Shown here: piece by piece, positions 61,632 through 64,000 of the stretch
Position numbering within the stretch: position 1 is the stretch's first letter
Layout: each line of letters opens with the position of its first letter
Assembly (NCBI GenBank): GCA_045627425.1
Contig: JAZQNS010000008.1
Location: forward strand, 5,775-69,774
Length of the DNA: 64,000 nucleotides
Source of the DNA: Lachnospiraceae bacterium
GTDB taxonomy: Bacteria > Bacillota > Clostridia > Lachnospirales > Lachnospiraceae
Reading direction: 5' to 3'
Position numbers and translations under genes: made by a program
The notes under the pieces: generated by a model
What the model was told of the DNA's origin: nothing
Seen by the model: only the letters and a program-made list of their open reading frames with translations
Databases searched by the model: none

Positions 61632-62462
61632 TTAATTGGTACCTGTAATGTCATCGCCAAAATACTTAATAGAAATCTCAGAAAGCTTGCCCTCTGCTCT
61701 AAGTTCAGAAATGGCATTGGTTATTGCCTCTCTTAAAGTGTCTGTGGAGGAATCCTTTCTAAGTGGAAGACATACATTAGATGCCTCCTCTGTGAGAGCT
61801 GCAATGTGGATCTCTGCCTCTGGATGCTCCTCAACATAGTCATAGAAGGAAACATTAGCATTTAATGTAGCATCGATTCTTCCTGCAATTAATAACTCCA
61901 TAGTCTCTGCAAGGTCATCAACACCAGTAACGTCTGCGCCAAAGCTCTCTGCTATGGCAGCGTATGTTGAAGAAAGAGTATTGGCAGTAGTTTTGCCAGC
62001 AAGATCCTCGAAGGACTCAATATCTGTATTGTCATTTCTTACAATAAGTGCTGTGTGAATAAAGGCATATGGATCTGTGAAGTTATACTTCTCAAGTCTG
62101 TCCTCATCTACCTCAACTCCGTTGGCTGCAGTGTCATATCTTCCGGAATCAACACCGGCAAGAATACCGTCCCACTCTACCTCAACAAACTCTGCCTCAA
62201 CGCCTAATTTCTCAGCGATAGCCTGGGCAACTTCAATATCGAAGCCCACAAGGTTGTCGTTTTCATCATGGTAAGTCCATGGTGCCCAGCAGCCCTCTGT
62301 TGCAATTATGATTGTTCCTCTCTCCTGAATTGTGGAAAGAAGATCCTGGCTTTCTCCTGCAGTTCCCTTATCCTCTTCTGCAGTCTTGCTGCAAGCAGAC
62401 ATAGACAAAGCGGAAATCACCATAACAATTGTCATTAATAATGCAAGTAATCTGTTCTTCAT
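61632..62462 (-). CDS. amino-acid ABC transporter substrate-binding lipoprotein
   Basis: The ATG at 62462, with RBS AAGGAG, gives MKNRLLALLMTIVMVISALSMSAC, which contains a lipobox. It has a family-3 SBP look (GFDIEVAQAIAEKLG). Confidence 0.88.
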   Translation of the reverse strand: MKNRLLALLMTIVMVISALSMSACSKTAEEDKGTAGESQDLLSTIQERGTIIIATEGCWAPWTYHDENDNLVGFDIEVAQAIAEKLGVEAEFVEVEWDGILAGVDSGRYDTAANGVEVDEDRLEKYNFTDPYAFIHTALIVRNDNTDIESFEDLAGKTTANTLSSTYAAIAESFGADVTGVDDLAETMELLIAGRIDATLNANVSFYDYVEEHPEAEIHIAALTEEASNVCLPLRKDSSTDTLREAITNAISELRAEGKLSEISIKYFGDDITGTN

Positions 62463-62504
62463 GTAAAACACTCCTTTTAATTATATTTTCAGGATATAAA
62501 TCCT

Positions 62505-63251
62505 TTAGTTTTCTTCTTCTCTCAGTATTGTCTTAAGGAAGGCCTTGGTTCTCTCCTCCTTAGGATTACTGAAAATCTCACTGGCGGGGCCACTCTCAAG
62601 CACCCTTCCTTCATCCATAAATAAAACCTTGGTAGCCACAGATCTGGCAAAAGCAATCTCATGGGTTACAAGGACCATTGTCATGCCCTCATTGGCCAGC
62701 TGCTTCATTACTGACAGCACTTCTCCAATAAGCTCGGGATCAAGGGCTGAAGTAGGCTCATCAAAATAAATTATCTCAGGATTTACAGCAAGAGCCCTCG
62801 CTATTGCCACTCTCTGCTGCTGACCACCTGAAAGCTCATTTGGATAATGATCCTTTCGGTCTGACATGCCAACCTTTTCAAGCATTTCAAGTCCTATTCT
62901 GTTAGCCTCTGCCCTGTCCATTCTTCTTCCAACAATGAGGCCCTCTGTAACATTCTTAAGAGCCGTCATATTTCTAAAGAGGTTGTAGTTCTGAAATACA
63001 AAGGCAGTCTTCTTTCTTAGCCTGTTTATATCTCTCCTGTGAATACCTGAAAGTGAGAACTCCTCTTCATCAAAAATCATGGTTCCCGAGTCAGCCCTCT
63101 CAAGGAAATTAAGGCAGCGTAAAAGGGTTGTTTTGCCGGAACCGGATGGACCGATAATGGCAATAACATCTCCCTTTTCAACCTTAAGGTCTACTCCCTT
63201 TAGCACATTAAGATCTCCGAAGGACTTATGAATATCTTTTATCTCTAACAT
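62505..63251 (-). CDS. amino-acid ABC transporter ATP-binding protein
   Basis: Walker A GPSGSGKTT, signature LSGGQQQR and Walker B IIYFDEPTSALD are present. The layout is GlnQ/TcyC-like. Confidence 0.95.
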   Translation of the reverse strand: MLEIKDIHKSFGDLNVLKGVDLKVEKGDVIAIIGPSGSGKTTLLRCLNFLERADSGTMIFDEEEFSLSGIHRRDINRLRKKTAFVFQNYNLFRNMTALKNVTEGLIVGRRMDRAEANRIGLEMLEKVGMSDRKDHYPNELSGGQQQRVAIARALAVNPEIIYFDEPTSALDPELIGEVLSVMKQLANEGMTMVLVTHEIAFARSVATKVLFMDEGRVLESGPASEIFSNPKEERTKAFLKTILREEEN

Positions 63252-63260
63252 AAGAACCTC

Positions 63261-63923
63261 CTAATCAAGACTTCTCATATGCTTCTCACAGTAACTCTGA
63301 AGCTTGGTGAGCACTGTACAGAAAATGAGATATATTAATGCAACTTCAATGTAGAGAGCCAGGGGCTCATATACTCTGGCATTGATTCTCTGGGTTGCCA
63401 TAAACATTTCTACTACTGTGATATTGGCTGCCAGGGAAGTATCCTTAACCAGTGAAATCAGGGAATTGGACAGTGGTGGAAATGCCGTCTTCAGTGCCTG
63501 GGGCAAAATGATTCTGGTGATTATCTGTGGATAGGAAAGTCCTGCACAGTATCCAGCCTCCAACTGTCCCTTTGGAACTGCCTCAATGGCCGCTCTCACA
63601 TTTTCCGCATCATAGGCTCCTGTATTTAGAGAGAAAACCAGAATTGCTGCGGGGAAGGGATTCATCAGTATTCCAAGATTAGGTAGTCCATAAAATATTA
63701 CAAACAACTGAACCAAAAGAGGTGTTCCTCTGAAAATCCAAATATAGAATCTGGCAATGTGCTTTAGTATTGGAACATTGGCATACTGAACCAGGGCAAC
63801 CAGCACCGCTATCACTAAGGAAATAGCGAAGGAGATAATGGTTAATGGAATTGTAACCTCTATTCCTGGGATGAGAATCTTCGTGAAGGAGTCCACAAGA
63901 ATCCCAACTAATCTGTCTGTCAT
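63261..63923 (-). CDS. amino-acid ABC transporter permease (His/Glu/Gln/Arg/opine family)
   Basis: The 220-aa ORF has about five TM segments and an EAA-type loop (AIEAVPKGQLEAGYCAGLS). Confidence 0.9.
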   Translation of the reverse strand: MTDRLVGILVDSFTKILIPGIEVTIPLTIISFAISLVIAVLVALVQYANVPILKHIARFYIWIFRGTPLLVQLFVIFYGLPNLGILMNPFPAAILVFSLNTGAYDAENVRAAIEAVPKGQLEAGYCAGLSYPQIITRIILPQALKTAFPPLSNSLISLVKDTSLAANITVVEMFMATQRINARVYEPLALYIEVALIYLIFCTVLTKLQSYCEKHMRSLD

Positions 63924-63954
63924 AAAAACTCCTTATATAGTCGTAGTCTCGTTA

Positions 63955-63983
63955 ATTATACACATAATGATGTGGTTTATCAA
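63955..63983 (-). promoter_or_regulatory. sigma-A promoter upstream of the ABC permease gene
   Basis: On the minus strand, TTGATA (63983-63978), a 17-nt spacer, then TATAAT (63960-63955). It lies ~30 nt upstream of the ATG at 63923. Confidence 0.65.
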
Positions 63984-64000
63984 GATTTTGCCAACGGCTT

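Overview
This is a core chromosomal segment of a low-GC Firmicute. It looks Clostridia/Lachnospiraceae-like from the protein sequences, but that is inference only because no search was run. I saw about 52 protein genes and no rRNA, tRNA, CRISPR, IS or prophage genes. Nearly all genes lie on the minus strand in very tightly packed co-directional strings. Only aroC, an HPr-like gene and a 1.4-kaa activase/dehydratase-like fusion are on the plus strand. Recognisable housekeeping blocks are recO-era, an M16 peptidase, yajC-tgt, aroC, ireB-ruvX-DUF1292-rnj-(short mltG-like)-trmR-U32, mtaB, rsmE-cysteine desulfurase-thiI, hrcA-grpE-dnaK-dnaJ with a textbook CIRCE operator, htpG, pyk, addBA, pepP, luxS-mtnN and an amino-acid ABC transporter. 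The stand-out region is a ~17 kb type IV pilus locus (17668-34583). Its gene order is pilB-pilT-pilC-pilA-pilD-pilMN-pilO, then four pseudopilin-type genes (two of them very large), then a 1564-aa non-pilin secreted protein of unknown function. The locus sits exactly where Bacillus-type genomes have prmA, between dnaJ and rsmE, and its last gene overlaps the rsmE start codon (ATGA). The giant terminal protein is the best candidate for something undescribed, possibly a PilY1-like pilus-associated factor in a Gram-positive. Secondary curiosities are listed below.
- An orphan coiled-coil J-domain protein sits between dnaJ and pilB.
- An MltG-like protein lacks its catalytic domain.
- A zinc-ribbon/rhomboid-like gene pair lies upstream of hrcA.
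- An HPr-like protein lacks His15.
- A PilZ protein lies next to pyk.
- A very acidic small protein lies after addA.
All functional calls rest on motifs and synteny read by eye. No database search was possible.
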